Below, piece by piece: positions 14,044-27,500 of a stretch of DNA of 51,777 nucleotides (positions are counted from its first letter, which is position 1; the number at the start of each line of letters is the position of its first letter). Source of the stretch: Catajapyx aquilonaris (lineage: Eukaryota); NCBI GenBank assembly GCA_000934665.2, contig KZ540085.1, positions 1 through 51,777 on the forward strand, written 5' to 3'. A program made the position numbers and the translations under genes. A model generated the notes under the pieces. That model was not told where the DNA came from. It saw only the letters and a list, made by a program, of their open reading frames with translations, and ran no database searches.

Positions 14044-16356
14044 TAGTGAAATAAAAATTGCGACTCAGACAATGCGACACTCTGGGCTGTCCGTCCTCCC
14101 CCAACCGACCGGCGCCATCGGAGTTGGGTAGTGTGAGAGAGGGGGGGGGGGACACACAAACTGACTAAATAATTCAGCGAGTCACTCAGCTGGCCCAATC
14201 ACACTCCCAAACTTGCGTCCAATTAGGGCCCAAAACTTGGTGAAAAGCGTCATGTCCATCAATCTTCTCCAAGTGGATACAAGCATGCTACCAGCTCCCT
14301 CTCTCTATCTCTCTTTTTTTGGTGGAGGTTGTGTGTTATTTGATGGCCGTGGAAGTACGTGTGTGTGTGCAGAGAAGAGGGGACCGTATACGCGCCTGCG
14401 TCATCACTAATTCATGACGCAACAATTACCCCCGGACAATTACGGGCAAGCACGTCCTGAGACAAGAGAGGAAGGGGCGGATAATAATCTTGAGTGCCCT
14501 TCGGCATTAGCTGTCCGCTCGGGCACTTGCGCCCACTTGCTCCACAGGGCCTCCTGGGACTCGTAGCTCTCAAAGGAAGAGTAGCTAGCTAGAGCTAGAA
14601 GGTAGTATATACAGGGGAGAGAGAGGAGGGGGAAAGTGGGGAGAGAGATGGACACTTGTTTTTTTAAACAGACGACTCCTGCCGCATGTGTGAACATTAG
14701 CAAGCACCTTTGCTTCCGGACTGGATCTGACTTGAATCTGAATCAGGATCAAATATCTAGAGTGGGTCCAGAGAAGTGCTAGCCTCTCAAAATTAAATAG
14801 TCGACCTCTTAAAAATTTTACACTCCCCACCCCTGTGTCACCCAGTCACTCTGGGAAGGTTAGGTTAGGCTATGCTGCTGGGGACATCCATATGTACAGT
14901 ACTTGTCCCTCCAGAAAAATTGAATCGAGCGTAATTTTTTACGACAATGATCATGCAATCCACATTTATTTCCCAAACAATATTATATACGACACGTTTG
15001 TCCAATCGACTTATTACTCCAAACACAATTCTTTGTCCCGTTATCGCCCGCACGATTCCAAGCGCTGAAAATGCGTATGATAAGTCCGGCTTATCAGTAA
15101 CACGGTAAATATCGTGCACACACCGGTCTACTTTACACGACTTTATGTAGAATTATGGGGGAAAAACCATTAGGGGTAAAGGTGGTGGGTATCAACCTGT
15201 GGCAGGTTCATTCCCTCTTTTCCTTCTGAATTATTGAATGATCCGGCAAAGGTGGAGGGGTGAATAATTCCTCGACCCGAAAGAAGGTCGCACCCTGGGC
15301 CATCTACAGCAAATTGGATAAGACCCGGGATTGGGGGTTCATTTGGGTACAAACCAGCAGACATTAGCCCCCAGTGGAATGAGTGGCAAGCGTCACTAGA
15401 CTGCATGTCCTTATCAGGCGTAAACAACCTGAAATATTCAAAGCCTGATTCGTTTCCGCACGCAGAGGGAATAGTCGCTCGGATAAGAAAAAAAACGGTG
15501 TCTTTTTTTCGGAAAAAAGTTTTGACGTTTCCAGCTCTGGGGACAACTTTTGAGGGGGTTGGAAGTAGGATGGGGCAAAATTCGCGGTAATTTTCCGGGC
15601 ATCGATCGTTGGGGCGTTTATTTTTTCATCTGGCAAAAGGGGGGGTATTGCGTGTGATTTGGGTTAGTGGCAGGTGCGTCCAAACCCCTTGCGTGTTGCT
15701 CCCTCACAATTATGTCATGAATAGTGTAAGAGGAGACAGCGTCGTCGAGTCTATGTTTTTATTTAGGCGTGTGCTTGGCCCACCGTTGCACCAGGGAAAA
15801 ACCGGGACGGTTTAACAAATAGGGGACCTTCCTGTGTTGCATCAACATGTGATTGGCAATTAATGATTGACGGTGTGTATCTAGCTTACCTTACAACTTG
15901 ACAATCCGACCACAATGTCAAACGACTGTTGACCAGGGTGGCTCAAATTAAAAGAAAAGGACTGGAAGTAATTTGATCAAGGCCGGGGTACATTTAGAGC
16001 TGAAAAGCACCTGTTTATTCGTGGGTCAATTTTTCAGCGCTTCATACACTTCCAGTCCGCTTTCTTCCAGGGATCAAAAACACTTCCTTTCCACTTTCCC
16101 AGCTCTTTTTCTCGCTTCTTCGTCGATGGCAAGAGGATTGCTTCGGGGGACAATTAAAAACTGTAAGAAGGGAGATACTATTTTTAAAAAGGTAATTATG
16201 TAAGATGAAGCGATGGTGAAGAGATCTCTCGGAAGAGTAATGAAGCTTGTGGTGTCTGTTTTCAACAGTTATTTTTAGTACAGATTATTATAAATAAACA
16301 TAATTTGTTAAATTAATGTTAAAGTCGGGAAATCTTATGCCAGCCTTGTATTTGAA

Positions 16357-16509
16357 ACCAGGTCAAATCCTAAATTTTGGGTAATTTCCCTAAATCAGCG
16401 GCACGTAAGCCATCCGTGTGCCAAGTTTGAGTACTCTCAGGATTCTGCAAGTGGGTTAGGTACCCTAGACATACAAACAAATAAACCTTCTGATTTATTA
16501 TGTAAGAGA
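16357..16509 (-). mobile_element. 5' fragment of the same Helitron family as 38496-39088
   Basis: Collinear match to 38923-39088 (AAATCCTAAATTTTGGGTA...GTAAGCCATC.GTGTGCCAAGTTT...ACTCTCAG...AGTGGGTTAGGTA...ACATACAAACA). The minus strand starts TCTCTTACATAATAAAT. No 3' hairpin or CTAG end was found. Confidence 0.7.
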
Positions 16510-19500
16510 AAATAATAAGGATGGAGTCCTGCAAGTAGGGGAATGAGGTGTCCGTGATGTCCTGCTTGTATATTTTTTATATTTTATTTTTCATAACGAA
16601 CGTCTTTACAACGGATTTGAGCATGTTGTGGCACAACTACACTGGGTAGAATTTTGGTAGTAATGATATGCTACGCTTTCAATGTTCCTCCCTCGTAAAT
16701 TGGGGCTCATTGTCTTGACCGACATTACAGCCTGCACGGCTCGGTTTTTAAAATATGAGTTCTTCCTCAATCGACTATTTCTAAAGCAAAAAGGGGATGT
16801 TGAGGGGAGGGGGAAGGGCCGGGAAAAAAGGGGGAAGGGTGGGTGGGTGGGGGGGGGGGAACATTAATATCCAATACGTTCTAAAGTATGCAGAAAAAAA
16901 ACAATGGATGGATTCGCTCGGGAAAGATATTGCTATACAGTATACACAGTGAACAACAATGACTGAACACATAATGGGTACGCCCACAGAAAACGGTAAT
17001 TACTCTATAATGGGAGGAGTCACATAGCCAGGGCCCGGGTTATTGATCTACAAGCCGAAAATGTCAGCCAAGAATGTTCCAGGACCATTTTTCTTGTACT
17101 CGTCGAGTCAGGGGGATGGAGGGGATACGGGTTGGAAAAGGCGGAAGGGGAGGATGAGGGGAGGTAAAGGACCAAAAAAAAAATTTGGGGGGAGAAAAAA
17201 CAAGCACATATATAATTTGAAATCTCTTCACATATTTTCACCTAAATTACACAACGTCCGTGTCCATCCGGGGCTTCCATTGTCTCTGCAGGAAAAGCCA
17301 CGCAGACCTAAAAACCGTATATCACGAGAGGTAATACTGTATGATTCCTTTGATGCAAAAAACATTGACAAAGAACTTGGAGAGAGAGGATTTGTGTGTT
17401 TGCGTGTTTGTTGTGTCCTTTTTCTTTTCTTTGTAAAGTGTTGTCTACCACCAAATCACCATTTTTGGATGGGGGAAGGTTTTTTTTGGGGGGAAGAGAT
17501 AAAGGGGGAGACGGCTCAGAAAGGCTGGATCAAGTACGAAAAATCATAATAAACACGTGACAATGCTGGAAAATCACAGTGGCAGTCATCTGCTCGTCGT
17601 CCTCTTCTGTGTGTCTTCATATTTTTTCTCTCTCTCTCGGGGGGAAACTTCTGGCAGACGATGGAGACCGAACCATGCTGTCCTTTGTACAGAGTCATGA
17701 GCAAAAAACGGAGGATCTTTCCGCGACTATTCCGTATTAAAATATACTATTTTTTTCCTTTTTTCTTCAAAGTCTATTGCTTGTTATTCTTTTTATCATC
17801 TGTGGCGCCTTCGCAGATCCAGCCTTCTCATAATTCTAATATCTACCCAGCAGTGTTTATCGTTTAAAACAATTTGTTCAGTTAACACCTACTGCTTTCC
17901 AACATGGACATTTTTACAATGTTTTCACTGTCAGCCTATTTTGACGGGGGGAATATTTACGATAAGGTGATAGTCTCGAGCTGTAGCCAGGACAGTTTTT
18001 AGCGCTTGCTTTAAATAAGTACGACACCTTATAGGAAACGATGAGCAGGGATTTTTTTTTGTGTAGAGTAGGTCCATTGGCCACTTCTAGGCGCCTTCTG
18101 ATATCTGAAAAGAACAAAGAGTACATGTCAGTTCGTTTGACCTTAATGTAAACCAACTTGCAAACATGACTTGCGTGATGTGGCATTGGGGTAGGTTTGG
18201 GTTTCGACTTTCGGAACAGATTTGGTCATTTCGGTGGGAAATGTCTGGAGATGACCACCTGGTCCAGCCATAGGTTATTCAGAACATTTTGCGGTGAGAC
18301 TGACTCGGCTGCGTAACTCGCTCCGGATTTCCCCAAGCCGCAGATTGAAGGCTTTGGTCACCACCCCGCAAGTCGCGGTTTTCCGGGGTCAGAACCATTC
18401 AAAAGGGCAAGTCATCGGGTGATGTGAAGGGTCCAACTGTGCACCAATTGCGTAACGAGCAGCTCCCAAAATATTGTTAATTAAGACGGACTTCTTGTTC
18501 AACACCTTTTCAGCAGCACAAGCGGATAATGGGGCTTTGAACTTGGGCATGGCGTCAGCACCACTATTGTTGTCTCGCTTCTGACCCGGGCCTCTCCTAC
18601 TAATTGCCAGCAAAGCGTCCAAGCGAAAACCTTTCTGCACTTGCCAATTAGTCCATTGTTTGGCCAAGAAAGGTAGCCCAAATATTTGAGAGCGGTCTAC
18701 CCCCCTCCTAATAAACAAAAATAAGTGACCTACACGCACGGTCGGGGGGTCAATTATTCAAGTGGTCGGGTTCTTAAATAATTGACCGGTGACGTCAACG
18801 TATTGACCAACTGGTGCTAACTTGGCAACGTCTGAAGAGGGGTAGCCGCAGGGGTCCAGCAAGAGGGGCAAGGCTGACCCGCAGAGTTCAAGGGTACCTG
18901 CCTTGGTACCCCTGTGTGTGTATACAGGCGTCCCTTCAAGTGGAACCGGACTTGACGCATGCCTGTGTCGAATTGTGATTTGCGTCTCTCCATGCGGTAA
19001 TAAAAATTCTCTCTCCAAAAAAAAATTTGTCAGGGCCTGGAAATGGGCAATCCAGCCGTGCATGCAAATCTCACGCCGCAAAACCAGTTGTCACACTCCA
19101 CTCATCCCCTTTTCGCAGAATCCTACAACCCAACCCACCATCTCTCGCCCCGGTGTGTGATCTACTTAGTGTTATCAAGTGCAAATCTGCTGGCCAAAAA
19201 CCAAAAGCTCCCCCCGTGCATCATACATATAATGACTTTCCCTTTCGGATAAATACTACGTTACTAGCAACATCCCCTCGATTCGAAGGGGTTTTAGCAT
19301 GCACAGGCTCATCCGCAATTCCTGCGGGTTGTGTACACTGTGTTGTCTGCGTTCATGCCTTGGGGCTCCCTACCCCATGCAATTCCACGGGAAAAAAAAT
19401 TGCACGTGTAATGGGATTTCAGTCGACAGAGCCGGTTATGCACGCCGTCAATACCGCGTGTTCGACAACAAATGGAGAGTGTACGACACGTTAAGACACA

Positions 19501-20773
19501 CACCGGAGGGCGCGGGAAAAAAATACGGGCGAATGGGGGTCATATCATACATTTTTGTAAACCCGTGTAAAAATCGTCCCGATTTTTAAATGAATTTTGG
19601 TGTTTTTTGTCCGATGAAATGCGTTTCAGTTTTCGAGTTATGATCGATCAAAGTTCATATTAATTATACGGTACCGTCATGTCCTCTGACGTCACCCGCA
19701 ATAAAATTAGTGGTGCAGAGGCACGAACGCACCCGCACTGCTTTGTACCTTTGTTTTACTTTCGTTCTAAACAATATCGATTTCATTGCTCGGCGATGCT
19801 CATCGCCGATCAATTTGGCCATATGTAAACTCGACCCGACGGACGTCACCCGCAATAGGTAGGAGTGGGAATGCGCCACTTGGGTCACGCCCCCTTTTTT
19901 CCCGCCAATTTGAGAGTGGCTTTTAAACCCACGATAATTGATCGAGGAATGACATTTTGGTGCTGAAAAGTGTGGACGTATGATTGAGCCATTTGGGTAT
20001 ATACAAATTTCCCAAATCCCCGACCAAGGCTATAGGACGCCATTGGCACGTGGATTAGTATAGGATCCAAAAACTGGGTGTCTCCCAGTACAAAATTTAC
20101 CCCCCAAGAACTTTGGTGCACCCAGAGCCCCATGGCTGGAGCTAGTGGGGGGATACTTTGAATAACACAAGTGCCAACTCATTTACTTTGATTGCCCCGC
20201 GAGATTCCGAGGTCAGACTTAAAAACAAGCGTGTTCAATGTTCCGCGACACACATTCCCCCCGAGAGAGGAGGTGGGTGGGGGTAGAGAGGGGTGGGGGA
20301 GGGGGATGGAACTTCACATCTCACTCAATTCTTTCGGCCCATAAAAGTGGTGCTAAACGGCCGAACTCGATTTACTTGCATTGAAAGCTTCCACCTTTAC
20401 GCGCTTCTCCCCCGAAATGGGGAGTGAGTCGAGTTGGTAGTTAGGCTCCCCAATTACAACTAGAGCCATGTGGCTTACGTATTCTCATTTGGGGAGCCCT
20501 GCCCCCGCCTGCCTGCCTGCGACTATACACAGCCCCACAGCATCCAGCCAGAAACAGGAAGAGATCCAACTTCAGTCTGATGCTAGGGAGGGAAGGAGGG
20601 GATTCCATTCCCTCCAACCCCTCCAACACATACGCTCTAATCCTTCAAACATTGCTCCAGAATCTGAAGAAGCGGTTCAAATACGTAGTGGTTAGCGATT
20701 TTGAGCCGGTTAGCTGCTTAATTTTTAGTGGTTATCAAAAAGTATTGTGTAAACCTTGCCAAAACTGCCTGGA

Positions 20774-21121
20774 CCCCTGACTTTCCAATTAGTACCACAT
20801 TCTTCACATAGATGGCGCGTCCTTCCTCTCTACACACTGCTGCCACTCTCAGGGTCGTGCGGAGGAGCGTGGTATATATAGTACGACCACTTTCAGAAAG
20901 GGACGTGACGTGTGATGACGTTTCATCAGGCACCAATCAGAGGTACGATCCACTCACTCCCACCCAATGAGCTTCAAGTATCCCATCTGATCGTGGCTCT
21001 CATTGGTGCTTTATGAAACGTCATCACACGTCGCGTCCCTTTCTGAAAATGGTCGTAGGCTTACTTCACTGCATGCACCTAACTGATGACTCACCGCTGA
21101 CAGAGGCACAGGCTGACGCCA
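20774..21121 (+). repeat. Interspersed repeat family X, copy B (longest; split by the 20882-21057 MITE)
   Basis: CCCCTGACTT...TAGTAC...CATAGATGGCGCGTCCTTCCTCTCTACACACTGCTGCCACTCTCAGGGTCGTGCG [MITE] CACTGCATGCAC...GATGACTCACCGCTGACAGAGGCACAG. Confidence 0.7.
20882..21057. mobile_element. Foldback MITE, 176 bp, with 69-bp inverted arms
   Basis: Arm 20882-20950 (TACGACCACTTTCAGAAAGGGACG...) matches the reverse complement of 20989-21057 at 62/69, around a 38-nt spacer. TA at both ends. Superfamily not determined. Confidence 0.85.
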
Positions 21122-21311
21122 GTTCTGCATATGATTAGAGTTATGCAAAGGTCGTCCTGCCAATTGGGTGGGGTTCAATGCCAATTGAACCAAACATGGA
21201 CAAACAAACAAACAAACCCTGCCGAGTATAAAATGGACGCATGAAGGGAGTGATCATTGGGCACAAACGCTGCCTCTTATAATAGAGACGTTGATGATGG
21301 CGATGCCGACG

Positions 21312-21346
<35 letters not shown>
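21312..21346. repeat. (ATT)n microsatellite
   Basis: Perfect trinucleotide run. Confidence 0.97.
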
Positions 21347-21535
21347 CCCAAAAGCCAGAGTGTATTAGAGTGGGCAATAACCCGTAACTCGGGAATTTAC
21401 TCCCGTATAGAGACAGCGATCTGTCGAGTATACTACCCTTGTGAGTAACGGGCGCCAAATTGAGCGTGGCCGGACTAATCGAGCCAATTTGCGAGGTAAA
21501 TATTCCCGCGGACTCGTTGTGTGCAGTGCGAGTCC

Positions 21536-21566
<31 letters not shown>

Positions 21567-24500
21567 NCTCTCTCGACACCGACGATGACGACGTCGACGA
21601 CAACGACGACGGGAGAAGCGGTTTTCTCGCGTCGCCGTTTCGGGGGGTATTATTTCGCTCGTTGCCGAGGTAACATCAAGGCGCCATAATGGGAATCAAT
21701 TTATAGACAGGCTCAAGATGGCAGAAACAAGAGTGCAGCCAAATGAACGCCCCGATTCATCCTTGGGTGACACCAGTCGGAGTATACGGTTCCCCGTCAT
21801 TATGCATGCACGTGTGGCCATACCGCCGTACATCTAGCATGTGTCGCGTGTCGATATCAATTACTGGACGGATATGCACTGCTTATTAGCAACGGGGGGA
21901 TATCCAGGTCGAGGGGAGTCCACCTGCTAAGGACATTTTGCTCTGGACTAAAAATGGCAACGGAGCGTGACCTACCTTACCCCATATTGATAGCTGATGA
22001 TTACGCAATACGTTTTGTTGACAAGAGTCTCATTATTTGATAATGGAGCGTCGAATATCCGCAGACAAGCTGGAGAAATAACATTGGAAAAATATGTACC
22101 CGAAATGGCGAAATACATGACTAATTGACCATCATTTCAGTTATAATTGGAACCTGTTACTGAATTGAACTTTAAAAATTAATAGAACAACGCCTCCAAC
22201 CACGCATAGTTGCATATGTATATTACTTGTATAATTAACACATAACCTTTCCAGTAACAGGCTCCAATCACAACTCAAATGAAGTTGGTCATGTGGACTG
22301 TGCGCCGCCATTTTTGGTCCCAATATTTGTGATAATATTTCTGCTGTTTTTGGGCGTAGGTCTACATTTTGGCCCATACTGGTACAGATTCACACATATC
22401 CTGATATCCGGATTGGCACACACAATTTCCGGATTTCCTCGTAATGAGGGATCCGAGCAAAATGTCGCAATGTCCATTGTTATAGATCCCTGCCATTCTC
22501 CCCCCTTCGTCCAAATCCAAAGGTTGACCGAGAGCGATTAAGAAGCCTTAATGTCAAAATTGCGTGGGGACTCATTACCGACTGATTTAAGGGTGGTCCT
22601 GGCCTTACTGCTCAGAGTTCGTGCACCGCTCGGACCCCCCTTCCTTTACCACCGCCTCCCACCCTATACCCCCTTTGGCCTTACTCCCTTATTTAATTGG
22701 AAATAAAGCCAACTTTGCCACGGGAGCTTAACTCGCCGCCTCCTGACACCGGACCTCTCTAGCTTCCAGCTCTAGAACTGCTCTCTAAAACTCCGGATTT
22801 AACCGGGCTGTAACTTAACTACCCTCACTCATCTAATGACTAGGCCATTCCAGGGTTCGATCCCCGGCGTGGGCCATCCCTCCAATTTTAGGACATAGGC
22901 TCACCCTACTTGTTTTAAAAAATTGATTTTTACAACAATGCATATAATTTTAGGAAGGCAAGTTGGCAACATTGGTGGGGGCAGGTGCAGTGGGGGGGAG
23001 GGGGTGGAGCGTGATTTATGGGTAGCCTGCTGCTGCAACCCGCCCCCGCCTGTCTGTACCCACCCAACCCCACTCTCGGAGACGTGCATGGGCTGTGGCA
23101 GCTGTGGAGCCCGCATCGCCTCCATGCACGTGCTCTGCACCCACGGGCCTAGAGAGCCGCGACGTGCACCCACCCACCCACATTCGGAGGGTGAGGCAGC
23201 ATTTTTTCCACCCACCCACTCGTGTAACCCACCAGCAGTGTACAGTATGCAGAAAACACTGAACCAAATCAGCCAATAGGAGGCCGGTTTGGAGCACGTG
23301 ACGGAAGGGCCTTCGTAATGGGAGACCGAATGTGGCAGAAGTAGGGGCACGCTGCACCAACCTACTCCATGACCTAACCTTTCCTTCCCGGCGGATCCAC
23401 GCCTATCCTTCAGCGGATCCACACCTATGAGAGTAGGTAAAAGTACGCGGTTTCCCGATGCGAAATCGTAGCCCACGTGACTTGTCTCCAGCCAATCAAA
23501 AGCCGGGGGTAACTTACCCCTTGTCCCTTACTGCTAACAGTGTAATATGTATGTTACCCCCGTAGTCTTCATAATGAAAACTGGTCCTGCGCGGGTTATT
23601 ACTCTGCATAAGAGGTTAGGTAAACTGCCAATATGCCTAAAATGACAGGGTGTCCCGCTGTCTGGAGTATCAGCAATGAATAAAGTTTGAGGAGCTGTAG
23701 AGGGAGAGAGAGAGAGAGCCTTTGTTGGCACATGTGTTGTCTCCGGGACATAAAAGAGCTGCCATTTCATGATCAGCTGAGTGGCAAAGTAAGCAAAGTT
23801 TGCGCGAATATATTCACTCAGGTTTTGCTGGCTATTGATTTGTCCATTACGGCTGATTGCGAGGCTTGCTTGCTTTTGCTTTTGGGTAACGTGCAAGGAG
23901 AGGATTTCTATTTCCTTTTCCTACTATCTCTAAAACGGCGAGAGGCAGTAGTAGTAGCCCTTTGCAAAACCTCCCCCAACTCCTCCTTTTACGCCAGGCG
24001 TGAAAGCAACCTACTTTTCCACCTTGTGTGCAGGTTACAGATTAACTAGGCGCACATAAATCTCCCACTTCTGAGGGACACGGTCTTTGTCCCCACCAGA
24101 GGCTTCGGACTTGCACTAATTAAAAGAGAGGACGACACATACAAGCTAAAGGCACCCTTTCAGGTGATAGGGGGGCCCCTCCTGGAGTTTTCCTTTTCCA
24201 CACATGCACATATGCATCCCCCATCGCTAATTCCGGCTGAAAGCAACCTTGTCAATGGCGTTAAGAAGCAACGTCTATAGCTGGCTCCCATGTTTTCAAA
24301 ATAAATATGTTTCAAAAACCAGGCCCCCGCGTTATGGTTAGCCGCTGATATTTTTCACGGACTGGTTACAGAGTCCTTCGCGGATTTGCAGATGCGTACT
24401 TGGTTTCGGCCCTAACTTTATCTTCCTTCAGAGACGGTATGAACCAGACGGATAATTCGCGACGTGTAATTACACTCGGAGGATTTCGCAATCATATTAA

Positions 24501-27500
24501 GAGCATTACACACGCCCCCCAACAACTTGAAAGAGCAAGTGAATATGAATTGGCTACGGTACTATAGTGAAAAATTCGCACGTTCATTTGTCAATTTTAT
24601 TAATTTTTATTGGCTTTAACTAACGATGTAAACGTTTCTCTATGAACGAGCATCAAATATGCTTACGTAGAAAAGGATGCGTATATTTTGGTCGTATTCT
24701 ATGAATTTTTAATGAATGATAAATGGGCGCGGTGCCATTCGCCTTTCTTGGAGCAACCGGACAAGTCTTGTGAATCAGAGCGTGTCCATGACAAGTCTTA
24801 AAATCCGAGCCCCCGTTTTCTTCTGGAGACACGTGCCTTTCCTCGCACTAATCATATCCTTTGAATAATCACCGTCTGGAACAACATCAACAAAAACCCG
24901 TCCAGGAAACCTTCCTTCTGGACAGTGTCCACAGGCATCGATCGGGGTCCAAGTGGTTCTCTTTTAAATAATGAAATGAGTGGGCAATTCTGCAAGTTTC
25001 CGTGCAAAGCAATCGGAGGGGGTGAGTCCGCACTGCTGCTCTCATATTCACCCGGCCTGAAAACGCCTGTCAAATGTTTTCTCATCTGCTGCCAAGGTGG
25101 GAGATATAAATCCCCCCTCCTCCACCCCACCCAATGGTCCCTCCTTTCTACTTTTTTCCTTGTGTGTCCAGGGGGGGTCGGGGGCCCATTTCCACCAAAC
25201 CCTGGATTGGATTGCTGCAGGCTCAAAATTGGGGGGACTCCTTCGGCCAATGTTCCTTTATTTAGCAACCGAGGTGATGCATTGCGTTGTACAAACTGTG
25301 GGCCAAAAATTTGCCCAAAAAAATCAAGTAAGGCGATAAGTGCTATATACCCAGCAGAACCCAGCCATTGTGTTGGGAGCTGACCGTAACAACAATTGGG
25401 AGAAAGTTTTTGTTGACGACTGTTGGGGTTGCACAGAGAGCGAAACCAGTTAGCGGATCGCAGATTTCGGTTTCACCATAAGGAAAACTGGAGCAGTTTC
25501 GTGACTGTTATGGCTGCATACATCTTGCAGAATACAACGAAATCACTTCAATCTGCAACTGGCTGCAAGTTCCATTGTGCTGCGTCCCCCCCNCCCCCCC
25601 CCCAAAAAAGAGAGATATGGAAAAAAAAATCCGCTCTTCGAAAGCGAATTAAAACATGCAAGCTTGCTGCCTACATCAGTTCCCCTAATTAAGCAAAAAT
25701 ACATCTGGCCTGCGATATATCTACCCAAAAATTTGCATGCCATCGATTGCAGGCTCATTTGAAACACAAATAGGATTTTGGCTTTACACCTTAGTAGCTC
25801 CGTCCATATGAATGATGGGCTGGTGTGCTTTTGTACAGCCTCAGGTGTCTTCGCCAGCTAAAAAATTTCTACGGTTAAAAAGAGCACAGAAGGACATATA
25901 GGATCTGTTATTAATTTGAGTGGTTTTTCACTCTTCATGTACATTCTCTTTGAGTGAAATTTTTCTTCAGCTAATAAATTACTGATTTGAAATATAACAC
26001 ATATAATCAGAAAGGCGGAAAAAGGCTATTTCACAACAAATAGAGCGATTAATTTAGAAAATAATACCCAATAGCAGCCAGTAGTATTCAGGATAAGCAT
26101 GTAAATTAATAGTTCCGCCAGCCAAGTTGGCCAATTATAATTACGACTGTATAATGAGGCGAAAGCGGTCCGTAATGGCCAAACCGAATGGACATATAAT
26201 ATGTAGGTTGGTAGCTTTCTTACACCGTGCAGTCGCAACAAAAGTGCTGAAGTGAACAAGGATTCATTAGCGAGCTGATTATTTATTTTATTTTAATTGC
26301 CCCTCTACCCTCAGTGATGTAGTATATATGGTGGGGGAGAGGCTCGTCCCTTTAAGGGAGAATTAATGAGCGGATAATTGGACAAGTAGAGATACGAAGC
26401 GCATACCGGGAGAAGTCTCATTAATTGTACCGCATCGCTGATGGATGGAAAATCATGCGAGAAGCGACGACTATTTCATATAACACGCAGTATCGTCACT
26501 CCTTGTTGCCATTCAAGCCACTGCACATTCGGCAAAAAAGGACATTTTAACACGATTTTAAATATTTACATATACAATATGCTGGCAGGGGACATCCTAC
26601 GACACTTTCATCGCCTGCTGCCTCGTAGGTTCATCTTTCTTTACAGTTTACAGTACACCACCCACCAGATTTGTCTTAACCAATAGTTGGGTCTAACATT
26701 TGTGGCCCATAAAGTGCGAATAGTGCGCAGCTAGTGCCAGACTTAAGCCTCCCTTCCAAAACCTTGCTGGCCTATGGCGTTTTCCCATGAGCTGCAGGCA
26801 GCCTAGGGCCCATCACTAACCCCCTTCCTTTTCCTTCCCCATCTCTCTTCGGGCGCTCCGGCAACAGTTGGGAAAGTAAGTGGAAGGTCCAGATTCCATG
26901 TAAATCCCTGGCTAGAGCCGGCGAAAACTTCATAATGCAAGGCGGCCGCCTCATTACATGCCACTCGGCCCTCTTTTCCACCATGTCTTGGGACGCCCCC
27001 CCCCCCACATAACCATTATTTCATCCCTACCCTCCCTCCCTCCTTTTTGTTTTGATAAGCTGCGCCCCAANGGGGGGGGGGGGGGGGGGGGGGGGCATTA
27101 AAAGCCCTGGCCAAAACCTTAGAGCCAGCAGCCAAGCTACTCATGCAATATTCACCCAACTCTCTCTCTCTCTCCCAAAGTTCGATTATGCAGCTGGGCC
27201 CAGGGGCGGAGTCTGCTGCTCGGCGCCTTCCTATGCACCCAGGGTGTGCACACATACCGTGCAGGTGCGGCCCCGGGGCAGAACGCACGAAAAGCGGAGG
27301 TGTCTGCCCAGCACAAAGGCCGAACCTGGTCTAGAACCAGCCCAGTAAAATGCAACAGGCCGCCCGGAAATATATATGTAAATAACTTGTACGGTATATA
27401 GACCAGTCTGATATCCAAAAGCACGATAATCCGACCACTATAGAAATGACCAATGACCATAGTACAAAGACATCAAAGGGGCCTGACCGCGCCATGTGCA

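Noticed and set aside
19688..19857. 16-bp direct repeat GACGTCACCCGCAATA, 154 bp apart
   Set aside because: The intervening sequence shows no element hallmarks. It is probably an internal repeat of an old TE, with too little support to call.
21537..21567. Long poly-C/poly-G runs with single N (also near 25593, 27071, 29908, 32106, 34394, 35558) as G-quadruplex elements
   Set aside because: The N bases mark assembly uncertainty, so run lengths are unreliable.
22804..22876. tRNA-like T-arm/B-box CCAGGGTTCGATCCCCGG
   Set aside because: No convincing A-box, D-arm, anticodon arm or acceptor stem. At most a decayed tRNA-derived SINE head, so not called as a tRNA.
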